Counted from the stretch's first letter, positions 14,212 to 29,499 are shown. The stretch is DNA of 64,000 nt from Eledone cirrhosa (GCA_964016885.1 OZ024742.1:195672001-195736000); one strand, 5' to 3'. A program made the numbers and translations. The notes: generated by a model not told the origin, from the letters alone.

Positions 14212-14830
14212 AGGATTGGCAGTATCGGTAATATGCTTCGTGGCATAGGGTTACGGCACTTTACGGTCTGATTTCAAATCTCGTCGAGGTTAGAATTTCC
14301 TGATATCCTTACTGGGTCGATAAAATAAAGCACCAGTAATACACTGGGGTTGATTTAATCGACTCTCCCCTGCCCCCAAGTTGCTGGCTTTGTGCCTATA
14401 GTATAAATCATTATTTAGTTGACTTTACCTTTCATCCTTACGAGATCGATAAAATAAAGTACCAGTAATGCACTGGGTAATTGCTGGCCTTGTGCCTAAA
14501 GTAGAAACAATTATTTAGTTGGCCAATCACCGATTCCGTCGTAACCCGACAGCAGCAGTTCTACAATACTCCATAACTCAACAATGCACCTAACCTGAAC
14601 GAGTATGTGCAGGATGGTTTCACCACTTTGCATAAATCTCGGGTAAATCCGTCTGTCAGAACTTCCGTGCCTGAAGAGTTTGTCTCCAACCAGTAATACA
14701 ACGGGCTTTGTGTCTTATAGTTACGTCTCTTTCCGTTCTGAGTTCAAATCATGTCGAGGTTAGCTTTGCCTTTCATCCTTACCGTGTCGATAAAATAAAG
14801 TACCAGTAACATACTGGGCTGGATTTAATC
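14212..14830 (+). mobile_element. Three SINE family 1 copies or fragments (14212-14410, 14416-14513, 14736-14830)
   Basis: Repeated gataaaataaagtaccagt body. Confidence 0.8.
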
Positions 14831-15040
14831 CGTCTGTCAGAACTTCCGTGCCAGTAGAGTTTGTCTCCAACCAGTAATACAGCTCACACATCTGGTAGGA
14901 CTGCTATAACTTGTTTATTTGTCAATTATCCATAGTCCCCCAGACGAAAGTCTGCTGAATCAAGGAAAGATGTTTAGATACTTTACTATCATTTACATCT
15001 CCAATGAAGGTACAATACTATCAGCTGGCAAAATATCTTT

Positions 15041-15500
15041 GTATAAGTTTATATATGAATGTGTGTGCATGTGACTGTGATATGTCCGTGAGTAAGTGTA
15101 CGTGAATGTGTATGTATAAGTTTATATATGAATGTGTGTGTGCATCTGGCTGTGATATGTGCGTGAGTAAGTGTTTGTGAATGTGTATGTATAAGTTTAT
15201 ATATGAATGTGTGTTTGCATGTGGCTGTGATATGTGCGTGAGTAAGTGTTTGTGAATGTGTACGCGTAAGTTTATATATAAATGTGTGTATGTGTGGCTG
15301 TGATATCTATCTATCGAGGGCGGCGAAAATTCCTGAGATCCATGGACGAGTTCTCTCCAGCGGTCTCTGTCCCTCATTATCGCTGCCATGTCCTGCATTT
15401 CCAACAGACAAGTGTCTGTGCTTAGGGCATCAACATACGATAACCTTGGTTTATATATGAATGTGTGTGTGTGGCTGTGATATGTGCAGCGTGTATGGGA
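15041..15500. repeat. About 72-bp minisatellite interrupted by an RTE 3' fragment (minus strand, about 15310-15450)
   Basis: Repeating gtataagtttatatatgaatgtgtg...ctgtgatatgtgcgtgagtaagtg. The insert encodes PRLSYVD..RDRDRWRELV. Confidence 0.65.
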
Positions 15501-15556
15501 ATTTGTAAGTATTCCAGTATACACTTGAGTGTTTGAAAGTGTGTGTTTGGTCCTGT

Positions 15557-16988
15557 AAACAACAACAACAACAGCTGGGACAACAGCAACAACAACCACA
15601 GTCACACTTCAAACAACAACAACGACAACAACAACAACAACAACAACAGCTGGGACAACAGCAACAACAACCACGGTCACACTTCAAACAACAACAACAA
15701 CAACAACTACAGTTGGGACAACAGCAACAGCAACCACAGTCACACTTCAAACAGCAACAACAACAATAACAACAACAGCTGGGACAACAGCAACAACAAC
15801 CACAGTCACACTTCAAACAACAACAACAACAACAACAAAAGCTGGTACAACAGCAACAACAACGACATTCACAATTCAAACAACAACAACAACAACAACA
15901 ACAACTGGGACAACAGCAACAACAACCACAGTCACACTTCAAACAACAACGACAACATGAACAACAACAACTGGGACAACAGCAACAACAACCACATTCA
16001 CAATTCAAACAACAACAACAACAACTACAACAGCTGGGACAACAGCAACAACAACCACATTCACACTTCAAACAACATCATCAACAACAACTACAACAGC
16101 TGGGACAACAGCAACAACAACCACAGTCACAATTCAAACAACAACAACAACAACAACAACAGCTGGGACAACAGCCGGGACAACAGCAACAACAACCACA
16201 GTCACAATTCAAACAACAACAACAACAACAACAACAGCTGGGACAACAGCAACAACAACCACATTCACACTTCAAACAACATCAACAACAACAACAGCTG
16301 GGACAACAGCAACAACAACCACAGTCACACTTCAAACAACATCATCAACAACAACTACAACAAAAACAGCTGGGACAACAGCAACAACAACCACAGTCAC
16401 ACTTGAAACAACAACAACAACACCAACAGCTGGGACAACAGCAACAACAACCACAGTCACACTTCAAACAACAACAACAACAACAACAACAACAGCTGTG
16501 ACAACAGCAACAACAACCACAGTCACACTTCAAACAACAACAACAACAACAGCAACAGCCTGGGACAACAGCAACCACAGTCACATTACAAACAATAACA
16601 ACAACAACAACACCAACAGCAACAACAACCACAGACACACTTCAAACAACAACAACACCAAAAACTACAGCTGGGACAACAGCAACAACAACCACAGTCA
16701 CACTTCAAACAACATCAACAACAACAACAATAACTGGGACAACAGCAACCACAGTTACATTACAAACAACAACAACAACACCAACAGCAACAACAACCAC
16801 AGACACACTTCAAACAACAACAACAACAACAACAACAACAGCTGGGACAACAGCAACAACAACCACACTCACACTTCAAACAACATCAACAACAACAACA
16901 ATAACTGGGACAACAGCAACCACAGTCACATTACAAACAACAACAACAACAACAACACCAACAGCAACAACAACCACAGACACACTTC

Positions 16989-17020
<32 letters not shown>

Positions 17021-17987
17021 GCTGGGACAACAGCAACAACAACCACAGTCACACTTCAAATAACATCAACAACAACAACAATAACTGGGACAACAGCAAC
17101 CACAGTCACATTACAAACAACAACAACAACAACAACACCAACAGCAACAACAACCACAGACACACTTCAAACAACAACAACAACAACAACAACAACAGCT
17201 GGGACAACAGCAACAACAACCACAGTCACCTTTCAAACAACATCAACAACAACAACAACAGCTGGGACAACAGCAACAACAACCACAGTCACACTTCAAA
17301 CAACATCAACAACAACAAGAACAGCTGGGACAACAGCAACAACAACCACAGACACACTTCAAACAACAACACCAACAACAACAACAACAGCTGGGACAAC
17401 AGCAACAACAACCACAGTCACACTTCAATCAACATTAACAACAACAACAACAGCTGGTAGAACAGCAACAGCAACCACAGTCACACTTCAAACAACATCA
17501 ACAACAACAACAACAGCTGGGGCAAGAGCAACAACAACCACAGTCACACTTCAAACAACAACAACAACAACACAAAAGCTGCGACAACAGCAACAACAAC
17601 CACAGTCACACTTCAAACAACAACAACAACAACAACTACAACAACAACAACTGGAACAACAGCAACAACAACCACAGTCACACTTCAAACAACATCAACA
17701 ACAACAAGAACAGCTGGGACAACAGCAACACCAACCACAGTCACACTTCAAACAACATCAACAAAAACAACACCAGCTGGGAGAACAGCAACAGCAAACA
17801 CAGTCACACTTCAAACAACAACAACAACAGCTGGGACAACAACAACAACAACCACAGTCACACTTCAAAAAACATCAACATCTGGCACAACAGCAACAAC
17901 AACCACAGTCACACTTCAAACAACAACAACTACAACAACAACAACTACAGCTGGGACAACAGCAACAACAACCACAGTCACACTTCA

Positions 17988-18018
<31 letters not shown>

Positions 18019-18125
18019 GCTGGGACAACAGCAACAACAACCACAGTCACACTTCAAACAGCAACAACAAAAATAACAACGACAACAGCAGGCACAACAG
18101 CAACAACAACCACAGTCACACTTCA

Positions 18126-18159
<34 letters not shown>

Positions 18160-18896
18160 GCTGGTACAACAGCAACAACAACCACAGTCACACTTCAAAC
18201 AACATCATCAACAACAACTACAACAACAACAGCTGTGACAACAGCAACAACAACCACAGTCACAACAACAACAACACCATCAGCTGGGACAACAACAACA
18301 AAAACCACAGTCACACTTCAAACAACAACAACAACAGCAGCTGGGACAGCAGCAACAACAACCACAGTCACACTTCAAACAACATCAACAACAACAACAA
18401 CAGCTGGGGCAACAGCAACAACAACCACAGTCACACTTCAAACAACAACAGCAACAACAACAACCACAACAGCTGGGACAACAGCAACAACAACCAAAGT
18501 CACACTTCAAACAACAACGACAACATCAACAACAACAGCTGGGACAACAGCAACAACAACAACAGTCACACTTCAAACAACAACAACAACCACAACAACA
18601 GCTGGGACAACAGCAACAACAACGACAGTCACACATCAAACAATAACAACAACTACAACAACAACAGCTGGGACAACAGCAACAACAACCACAGTCACAC
18701 TTCAAACAACAACAACAACAACAACAACAGCTGGGACAACAGCAACAACAACCACAGTCACACTTCAAACAACAACAGCAACAACAACTACAGCTGGGAC
18801 AACAGCCACAACAACCACAGTCACACTTCAAACAGCAACAACAACAATGACAACAACAGCTGGTAGAACAGCAACAACAACCACATTCACAATTCA

Positions 18897-18929
<33 letters not shown>

Positions 18930-19167
18930 TGGGACAACAGCAACAACGACCACAGTCACAATTCAAACAACAACTTCAACAACAACTACAACAGCTGGGC
19001 AACAGCAACAACAACCACAGTCACACTTCAAACAACAACAACAACAACAACAACCACAACTACAGCTGGGACAACAGCAACAACAACCACAGTCACACTT
19101 CAAACAACATCATCAACAGCAACTACAACAGCTGGGACAACAGCAACAACAACCACAGTCACACTTC

Positions 19168-19200
<33 letters not shown>

Positions 19201-19823
19201 CCACAACAGCAGGGACAACAGCAACAACAACGAAAGTCACACTTCAAACAACAACGACAACATCAACAACAACAGCTGGGACAACAGCAACAACAACGAC
19301 AGTCACACTTCAAACAACAACAACAACAACAACAACAGCTGGGACAACAGCAACAACAACGACAGTCACACATCAAACAACAACAACAACAACAACAGCT
19401 GGGACAACAGCAACAACAACCACAGTCACACTTCAAACAACAACAACTACAACAACAACAGCTGGGACAACAGCAACAACAACCACAGTCACACTTCAAA
19501 CAACAACAACAACAACAACAGCTGAGACAACAGCAACAAAAACCACAGTCACACTACAAACAACAACAACAACAACAACTACAACAACAACAACAGCTGG
19601 GACAACAGCAACAACAACCAGTCACACTTCAAACGACAACAACAACAACATCAACAACAACACCTGGGACAACAGCAACAACAACTACAGTCACACTTCA
19701 AACAACATCAACAACAACAACAACAAATGGAACAACAGCAACAACAACCACAGTCACACTTCAAACAACAACAACAACAACAACAGCTGGGACAACAGCA
19801 ACAACAACCACAGTTACACTTCA

Positions 19824-19857
<34 letters not shown>

Positions 19858-20386
19858 GCTGGGACAACAGCAACAACAACCACAGTCACACTTCAAACAA
19901 CAACAACAACAACAACAACAACCACAGTCACACTTCAAACAACATCAACAACAACAACAACAGCTGGGACAACAGCAACAACAACCACAGTCACACTTCA
20001 AACAACATCAACAACAACAACAACAGCTGGGTCAACAACAACAACAACCACAGTCACACTTCAAACAACATCAACAACAACATCACCAACAACAACAGCT
20101 GGGACAACAGCAACAACAACCACAGTCACACTTCAAACAATAACAACAACAACACCACAAACTACAGCTGGGACAACAGCAACAACAACCACAGTCACAC
20201 TTCAAACAACAACAACAACAACAACAACAGCTGGGACAACAGCAACAACAACCACAGTCACACTTCAAACTACAACAACAACAACAACAGCTGGGACAAC
20301 AACAACAACAACCACAGTCAGACTTCAAACAGCAACAACAACAACAACAGCTAGCACAACAGCAAAAACAACCACAGTCACACTTC

Positions 20387-20418
<32 letters not shown>

Positions 20419-20521
20419 GCTGGGACAACAGCAACAACAACCACAGTCACACTTCCAACAACAACAACAACAACAACAACAACAGCTGGGACAACAGCAA
20501 CAACAACCACAGTCACACTTC

Positions 20522-20553
<32 letters not shown>

Positions 20554-21178
20554 GCTGGGACAACAGCAACAACAACCACAGTCACACTTCAAACAACAAC
20601 AACAACAACAACAACAGCTGGGACAACGGCAACAACAACCACAGTCACACTTCAAACATCATCAACAACAACAACACCAACAACAACCGCTGGGACAACA
20701 GCAACAACAACCACAGTCACACTTCAAACAATAACAACAACAACAACACCAACAACAACAGCTGCGACAACAGCAAAAACAACCACAGTCACACTTCAAA
20801 CAACAACAACAACAGCTGGAACAACAACAACAACCACAGTCACACTTCAAACAACATCAACAACAACAACAACAGCTGGGACAACAGCAACAACAACCAC
20901 AGTCACACTTCAAACAACAACAACAACAACAACAGCTGGGACAACAACAACAAAAACCACAGTCACACTTCAAACAACAACAACAACAGCTGGGACAACA
21001 GCTGGGACAACAGCTGGGACAACAGCAACAACAACAACAGTCACACTTCAAACAACAACAACAACAACAACAACAACTGGGACAACAGCAACAACAACCA
21101 CAGTCACACTTCAAACAACATCAACAACAACAACAACATCAGCTGGGACAACAGCAACAACAACGACAGTCACACTTC

Positions 21179-21210
<32 letters not shown>

Positions 21211-21254
21211 TTTAGGACAACAACAACAACAACAACCACAGTTACACTTCAAAT

Positions 21255-21285
<31 letters not shown>

Positions 21286-21643
21286 GCTGGGACAACAGCA
21301 ACAACAACCACAGTCACACTTCAAACAACAACAACAACAACAACAGCTGGGACAACAGCAACAACAACCACAGTCACACTTCAAACAACAACAACAACAA
21401 CAACAACAGCTGGGACAACAGCGACAACAACCACAGTCACACTTCAAACAACAACAACAACAACAACCACAACTACAGCTGGGACAACAGCGACAACAAC
21501 CACAGTCACACTTCAAACAACAACAACAACAACAACCACAACTACAGCTGGGACAACAGCGACAACAACCACGGTCACACTTCAAACAACATCAACAACA
21601 ACAACAGCTGGGACAACAGCAACAACAACCACAGTCACTCTTC

Positions 21644-21675
<32 letters not shown>

Positions 21676-21877
21676 GTTAGGACAACAACAACAACCACAG
21701 TTACACTTCAAATAACAACAACAACAACAACAACAACAGCTGGGACAACAGCAACAACAACCACAGTCACACTTCAAACAACAACAACAACAACAGCAAC
21801 AACAACCACAGTCACACTTCAAACAACAACAACAACAACAACAGCTTGGACAACAGCAACAACCACAGTCACACTTC

Positions 21878-21926
<49 letters not shown>

Positions 21927-22040
21927 AGGTGGAACAACAACAACAACAACAACCACAGTCACACTTCAAACAACAACAATAAAAACAATAATAACTACAA
22001 CTTCAATATCTAGAACAGTAACAACAACAACAACAGCAAC
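15557..22040. repeat. 6.5-kb complex tandem array, unit GCT GGG ACA ACA GCA ACA ACA ACC ACA GTC ACA CTT CAA (ACA)n, about 55-70 bp, roughly 100 units
   Basis: Directly visible. Unit length varies in multiples of 3. Confidence 0.95.
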
Positions 22041-22049
22041 CGAAATAAT

Positions 22050-23315
22050 AATTGTTTCTACTTTTTGGCACAAGGCCAGTAAATAATCAGTGTATTACTG
22101 GTACTTTATTTTATCGACCCCGTAAGGATGAACGGCAAAGTTAACCTCGCCGGGATTCGAACTCCGACTTTAAACAGAAATAATAACATCGTCTAAGGGC
22201 AATAACTCTAGTTGACTGATGTATATTTAGAGAAATAAATCTTCTAAACTACTATATTTAGATGTTGCAACCAATTTTGCCGGACGCCCTACCGATTTCC
22301 TCAATCCACGCCCTTCGTAATTATAATTGTTTCTATTTTAGGCACAAGGCCAGCAATTATACAGTACATTACTGGTACTTTATTTTATCGACCCTGTAAG
22401 GATGAAAGGCAAAGTTAACTCGGCCGGATTTGAACTCAGACCGTAAAGGGACGTAACTATGCTGGAAAGCATGGCGCCCGACCCTCTACCGATACTGCCA
22501 ATCCATCGCTCTACTTTAAACAGAAATAATTGTTTCTACTTTAGGCACAAGGCCAGCAATTACCAGTGCATTACTGGTACTTTATTTTATCGACCCCGTA
22601 AGGATGAAAGGCAAAGTCAACCTCGGCGGGATTTGAACTCAGATGGTAAAGGGACGTAACTATGCTGGAAAGCATGGCGTCCGACCCTCTACCGATACTG
22701 CCAATCCACCGCCCTTTAAACAGAAATAATAACATCGTCTAAGGGCAATAACTCTAGTTGACTGATGAAAATTTAGAGAAATAAATCTTCTAAACTACTA
22801 TATTTAGATGTTGCAACCAATTTTGCCGGACGCCCTACCGATTTCCTCAACCCACGCCCTTCGTAATTATAATTGTTTCTATTTTAGGCACAACACCAGC
22901 AATAACCCAGTACATTACTGGTACTTTATTTAATCGACCCCGTAAGGATGGAAGGCAAAGTTAATCTCGGCGGGATTTGAACTCATATCATAAAGGGACG
23001 TAACTCTATGCTTCAAAGCATGGCGTCCGACTCTCTACGGATACTGCCAATCCACGTTTCTAATTTAGGCAAAAAGTCAGCAATTTCGGAAGAAGAGAAA
23101 TCGACAATATCAATAATTGTTTCTACTTTTGGCACAAGGCCAGCTATTACCCCAGTGTATTACTGGTACTTTATTTTATCGACCCGGTAATCAATAATTG
23201 TTTCTACTTTTGGCACAAGGCCAGCAAATATCCAGTACATTACTGATACTTTACTTTATCGACCCCGTAAGGATGAAAGGCAAAGTCAACCTCGGCGGGA
23301 TTTGAACTCAGATCA
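22050..23315 (-). mobile_element. Tandem cluster of about six SINE family 1 copies, including an about 545-bp duplicated block (22170-22510 vs 22715-23055)
   Basis: Repeated ggcacaaggccagc...tactggtactttattttatcgacccc. The spacer tttaaacagaaataataacatcgtctaagggc is duplicated. Confidence 0.85.
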
Positions 23316-24719
23316 ATCAATAATGATTTCTTTTCACAAGAGACCAATTTGTGAGATTTGAATAGAGAATGAAAAGGGAGATAACCCTATTGCACGCTGC
23401 TGGGTATCAGACGCTCAATCGATACTGCCAAGCCTCCACCATTAGGAAACAACAACAATAACGAATGTCAACGTTGACCTGTTCCCCAATAGAATGGGGA
23501 CTACACTTAAGAATAATTCCAAGGAGAAAGCCCACACAAAACATCGAGATATTATGTTGCCTCACGGGCATTAAAATAGACCTCTCCCGGTTTCTCTTCC
23601 TACTGCTTAGAAAAGCACAATAAAATACACGGGAACTAGTTGACAACATGCAAGACGTTTTCATCGTCCTGCGTACATCTCTGACAGGTCATGTGGTTAG
23701 CACTTCTGTGTCTCTAGATCTTGTCTCGAACTTATAGTTCACTCTCTGTAGCACTACCATACCAAAGAGTTCTGAAAACTGTCTATAAACCACAAAGTTT
23801 CTTCAGAAGAACCTGTTCAGACTCTCCTTCTAAATACACTAAGCAGTTTCCTGGCCATTGTCACTCATACCTTCCACTAACCTTCTATAAAATAGAAGTG
23901 TTGTTTTCTAGACATCTTCGTGTTGTTCAGTTGGTACTGTGCTGTGAGCGCCTGGCAACACCTTAGATGCCAGTCGCCCAACTTTGGTTTGCCCGTAACC
24001 CACGACTGTAGCACGATCTGGAAAATAAGATGTGGACAGATGTGTCGTAGAAACGGTTAAGTTTCAGTTTAATTGTCATCTTCGTGGGCTAATTGAAGTT
24101 ATTCCACAGCTGAGTGTATGTGGTGGGTCAATGGTGATGGATTCCCGAGGACATGAGTGTATGTTGATAACAGATAGATTTGCTGACCAGCGGGTCTTGT
24201 CCTTTTCACTCAAAATAGAACAGATTGCATTCCAGTTTTGAGGTGTTTCGAGGGCTTGCCACGACGAACAGACATTAGTTTACTACCTAAGCAATATAGG
24301 TAGTAAACTAATGTCTGTTCATCTGACCTTTGAGGGACAGCTTTCTCTGGTCATTTCTGATCAAGATTTGCAACCTTTGGCGTGACATTTTCATAGTTCT
24401 TTACCTGGAGCTCCCGTTCCAAATGAGACTCCCAGCATTTGAACCTAGCTCGCGGCCCAGCGTGAGTTATTTTCACTGGCCGGCATGGGCTTGCCTCTCC
24501 ACAAGTTTCAAACACTGATTTACATCGGTTAATGCAAACTCCAGTAAACTGCTGGTATTCTTACAGTAAAGTACCAACTGTTTCTATATCTGAATTGTCC
24601 GACTCCATGACAGTGACGTCAACTGCTCCTGCTGATACAGCTCTCTCGCGACTACGTTCAAGCGGAATTCTTCTCAAGACTTTAATTAGGAAATAAATTT
24701 GAAACAGGGAGGATAAACT

Positions 24720-25036
24720 ACAAAAATGCATTCAATAGTGTCCCAGGCTCTTACATCCAAGAGTGTTTCCAGTGTTACAGACAACATTGCAGGATTACTA
24801 AGAAATAGTATGAAAAGTTGGAAAACAGAGTTTACGTTAGGAGATGTGGTACTAGGAGATATTAGCATCAAAAGAGGGATTTCACAAGAGGATACGGTCT
24901 CATCATTGCTGTTTGTTGTGGTTTTGATTCTTCTAACGTTAGTTCACAGAAAGACAAAATCTTACTACAAATTTAGCAATGATGGAATAAAAAATCACTT
25001 GGATTTTCATCGATGATCTGAAATTATTTGCTAAAA
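24720..25036 (+). mobile_element. R4-like RT fragment (copy 2)
   Basis: Same degenerate motif as 13830-14170. Confidence 0.7.
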
Positions 25037-25864
25037 GGACAAATAGTAGAGAAAATCAACGACGTTCTCGGGGAAAATCTATGCGTCAACCTGAATGAAC
25101 TGACCAGTGTGTTCCGCAGGCCTTTCGTTTTCCAGAAATCCGTGCTACCGAAAGTGAGGCTGACTTACCGGTTGTGACTGAAGTGCAGTCAGACGGGCTT
25201 ATCCGAGATGCACACAGTGGTGGCCCATGAGTCAGCATATACAGCAGGGAGGAGAGACGGAACACAATAAATACTGAGCACGTAATCCTTCGGGAAAATA
25301 TTTATTAGCTAACTGGTGACGTTGGCCTTACAAAAACGCTCTTAAGTGGTTAGTGGTTAGATGGCATTTGTATGTTTATAATATCCACCCCTACGAATTG
25401 CTCCAGTCTGTTCACTAGGTAAATAACATCCGGGATCTTTTCTCAGTTCTCTGGCTTTGCCTGGAGCAGAAGCTCATGACTGATCATAAACTCGTCCTCC
25501 CACCAAGTCTCTTCACGTTCATGAATGTCTCAACATCCACGAGGACAATACATGCCAAAATACACCAGATGTCGAAACCTGGTGGTACATACAATATACT
25601 TTGTCTGACAACGCCCCACCCCTCGAAGAAACTCCTCATTACGATAATAGCATGAAACTCTTTTCTGAGAGATGGTGCCATCTGCCTTTAACTCAGATAG
25701 CACCATTACCACGGTCCTTCTCCGGCCCATTCTGATAACTTACTTTTTATTAATCGATCGACAAGATCCTAGACCTCATTCGCTCTCAGAGTGGGGTGGG
25801 CCTCGCCAAATCAGGCCATTCGTCTTTCCATTGCTGATACTATCTACCGGTCGCAACTTCTGGC

Positions 25865-25990
25865 AGACAGAGCAACGTGAAATAAAGTGTCTTGCTCAAG
25901 GAGGACACAACGCATTACCCGGTCCTAGAATTGAGCCCACAACCTCACGATTACGAATCCAACTCTCTAGCCACTAAATCACACGCCTTC
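25865..25990 (-). mobile_element. tRNA-derived SINE family 2 copy
   Basis: Reverse complement of 3920-4040. Confidence 0.7.
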
Positions 25991-26224
25991 AAAGCCTGCG
26001 TCAATTTGCTATATAAGAGATTATAGTTATATCTTTATTGGTGCCCCTGCAGTGGCAAAAATACGTTTTGCTTGTGTTGCTATTGTTGTTGTTGTTGTTG
26101 TTGCTGTTGTTACGTTTTCTTTTTTTCTTCTACTCCTTCACCCGCTTATTTTTTTATATATATATACTGTATATATATATATAATGAAGAATATCAAATA
26201 CGAGGAAGAGACTAACTGGTGTTG

Positions 26225-26317
<93 letters not shown>

Positions 26318-26640
26318 ACCCACGCACACACCTTTTCCTGAACATGGAACCTCGTTCTTCCTCAAACTCTCACTTACACACGCACGCACACTCACGTACA
26401 CCTACACACATACACAAGCAACACCTTCAGCCTTCCCCGCTTCGACCCCCCCCCCCGCCTCCCTCTCCCAACTCCGCCGCCACCACCCTTACACGCTTCA
26501 CACCCTTCCACCACTTGTTCATCTTATTGTTTATTCTTGTTTATTTTTACGTTTATTTTTATTTTATTTGTTCTCCTTCCCTATTTTTTCTAAATGTATT
26601 TCCACACACCCTCTGAACTCTCTTCCTAACCTATTTACTC

Positions 26641-26668
26641 CTGAAGAAGGGATTATGCCCGAAACGTC
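26641..26668 (+). ncRNA. Degenerate PLE-type minimal hammerhead motif
   Basis: CTGAAGA-a-GGG attatg CCC-GAAAC-GTC, followed by AATAAA and (TA)n. The stem I partner is missing. Confidence 0.45.
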
Positions 26669-26753
26669 GTCGTCGTCGTCCCCCACTCTCAAAAGCGTGA
26701 ACCTAATAAACCTTTATTTGTCTGCCTCTCTGTTTTGTTCCCGTATAAATGTG

Positions 26754-26827
<74 letters not shown>

Positions 26828-26913
26828 CAGAAGCGAAAACCAACCAAACAGTGAGTGTGTTCTGTTATTAATTCTGGCAATATTATTACACAAATATGAC
26901 CCTCCCCAAGTAT

Positions 26914-26963
<50 letters not shown>

Positions 26964-27298
26964 GAAAGGAATCCCTGTTGTGAAATGAATCCTCTGTTCG
27001 ATCAAGGAATACCACGAGCGTGCATGTTACGTAAGTTGGATAACTGATTTCGGATTCATAGAAACACTTTAAACGTTTGATTTCTCCAGGTGTATCTTTT
27101 TAACCTGTTAGTTTTTTCGTTACTTTGGTATTGTGTGGTTAGGTTTTTGCCTACCACAATGTTCAATTTGTCAAGCTATTTAAACGTATGTTATTACTCT
27201 AATGACCTACCCTTATTGAGTGCTTTGCTAACTCATTCATATTGTAGGTCAACTTTGCTTGCCCACAGCCAAAGCTTCGATTTTACTAAGCTTCCACT

Positions 27299-27385
<87 letters not shown>

Positions 27386-27468
27386 CGTTATTCCGGGTTG
27401 AATCGGAGGTAACCACAGTAAGTAAGGTACTCAATACATAGCAGAGTATAACAGTTTTAATATAGATG

Positions 27469-27519
27469 AGATTCTACAGGACTAGAACTGTTTCATTCAT
27501 TTGAAATCATCAGGAATCT
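27469..27519 (-). ncRNA. Type I hammerhead ribozyme motif (element A, left arm)
   Basis: Inverse of 44351-44401. Confidence 0.7.
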
Positions 27520-28470
27520 GGGTATCAAAAAATAAATATGGTATTTATAGGTCTCTACAAGTGGTAGAGGAGGGTGGGGAGTGGGATGGGTGCAGGTCAT
27601 TGGTTGATAGAAAAGGGAATTCATTAAAAGCTAATTCTACAAAGCTATAGTTTATTTTTATTTTTATTTTTATTTATTTATGTTTTTAGAGTAACAAGGG
27701 CAGACAGAATTCTATAAACAGGTTCCGGATGGCCTACCATTCCTTGTCAATAAGTTTCTCTTAAGCTAACAGATGTCTATAAAATCAGTGGGGGGTCAGT
27801 CATAGTCGATAGAATTAAAGAAAAGGGAGATTCTTTAAAAGCTAAAGTCATTAAGGTTCTACTAAGTGACAAAGGTCTAGAGAATTCTGCAGACAGATTC
27901 AAAATACTGAGTGCATATCTTACTATTATCTTCGAACTTCTCTTAAACTAATCAACTATATGCCAAAAATCAACAGACACATTCACAAAAAAACTAAAAA
28001 ACACATACTCACTCACACACTTACGCGCAACCATAAACACACACACAAACACATATACACACATAAAAACACACACACATATATATAAAAATATATAAAT
28101 ATATATTCATGTACACACACGTACATACAGACATACATACACACATACATATATAATACATATATATATATATATATATATATACATACATACATATATA
28201 TATATACATATATATATATATAAAAATATATACACATATATACACACACACATATATATATATATATATACAGCTACACACACACACATACACATACATA
28301 CACACACACGTACATATATATATACACAAATAAATACACTCACACGCATACATACAAACACGAATATACATGTATATACACACAAATACACATAGACATA
28401 TATACATACACAACACAGATACATATATATATATACATACATATATATATATACACACATATATATATAT

Positions 28471-28682
28471 ATAGGAACCAGTAAGACCCCGACAGCTGAG
28501 CTCAAGCCGTTTCGACGGCTAATTCTGGACTAAATGTCCAGAATTAGTCCAGAATTAGCCGTCGAAACGGCTTGAGCTCAGCTGTCGGGGTCTTACTGGT
28601 TCCTATTACCCACTCTACTACCTCAAGTATTGAGTACTTTGGTGCGTTATGGTCCACCTGGTTCCTTACCACATTTCCTTCG

Positions 28683-28685
<3 letters not shown>
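28471..28685 (+). mobile_element. Small fold-back PLE terminal fragment inserted in a (TA)n of the element A left arm only
   Basis: About 63-bp inverted arms (28471-28533 / 28543-28605) plus a tail. It retains the hammerhead 3' half GAA-ACGGC..GCTGT-C. Absent from the right arm near 43400. Confidence 0.7.
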
Positions 28686-28735
<50 letters not shown>

Positions 28736-28740
28736 CATAC

Positions 28741-28775
<35 letters not shown>

Positions 28776-28935
28776 TACATACATACACATACATATATAC
28801 ACACACATACGCATACATATATATATACATATACATATACACATATACATATATATATATATATATATACATATATACACATATATACATACACACACAC
28901 ACATGCGCACACACACACACACACATACATATATA

Positions 28936-29003
<68 letters not shown>

Positions 29004-29136
29004 CATACACACACATATATATATACATATACACACACATACACACAAACACACACACACATATATATATACACAAATACATATATATATATACATTCAT
29101 ATATATAACCACATACATATATACATACATACACAT

Positions 29137-29220
<84 letters not shown>

Positions 29221-29276
29221 GTATATGTATACACACACATAAACAAATATATACACATACAAACACACACACACAC

Positions 29277-29327
<51 letters not shown>

Positions 29328-29442
29328 CACATATATATACATATATATATATACACGCACACACATATATATACACACACACATATATATACACACACAC
29401 ACACACACATGCATATGTATAAACATCTATACACACACACAC

Positions 29443-29499
<57 letters not shown>

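Noticed and set aside
15451-21969. Cys-rich minus-strand ORFs resembling metallothionein or keratin-associated proteins
   Set aside because: They are simply the TGT/TGC reading of the antisense (ACA)n array.
15557-23315. CRISPR-like repeat/spacer array
   Set aside because: Eukaryotic context, no unique spacers and no cas genes.
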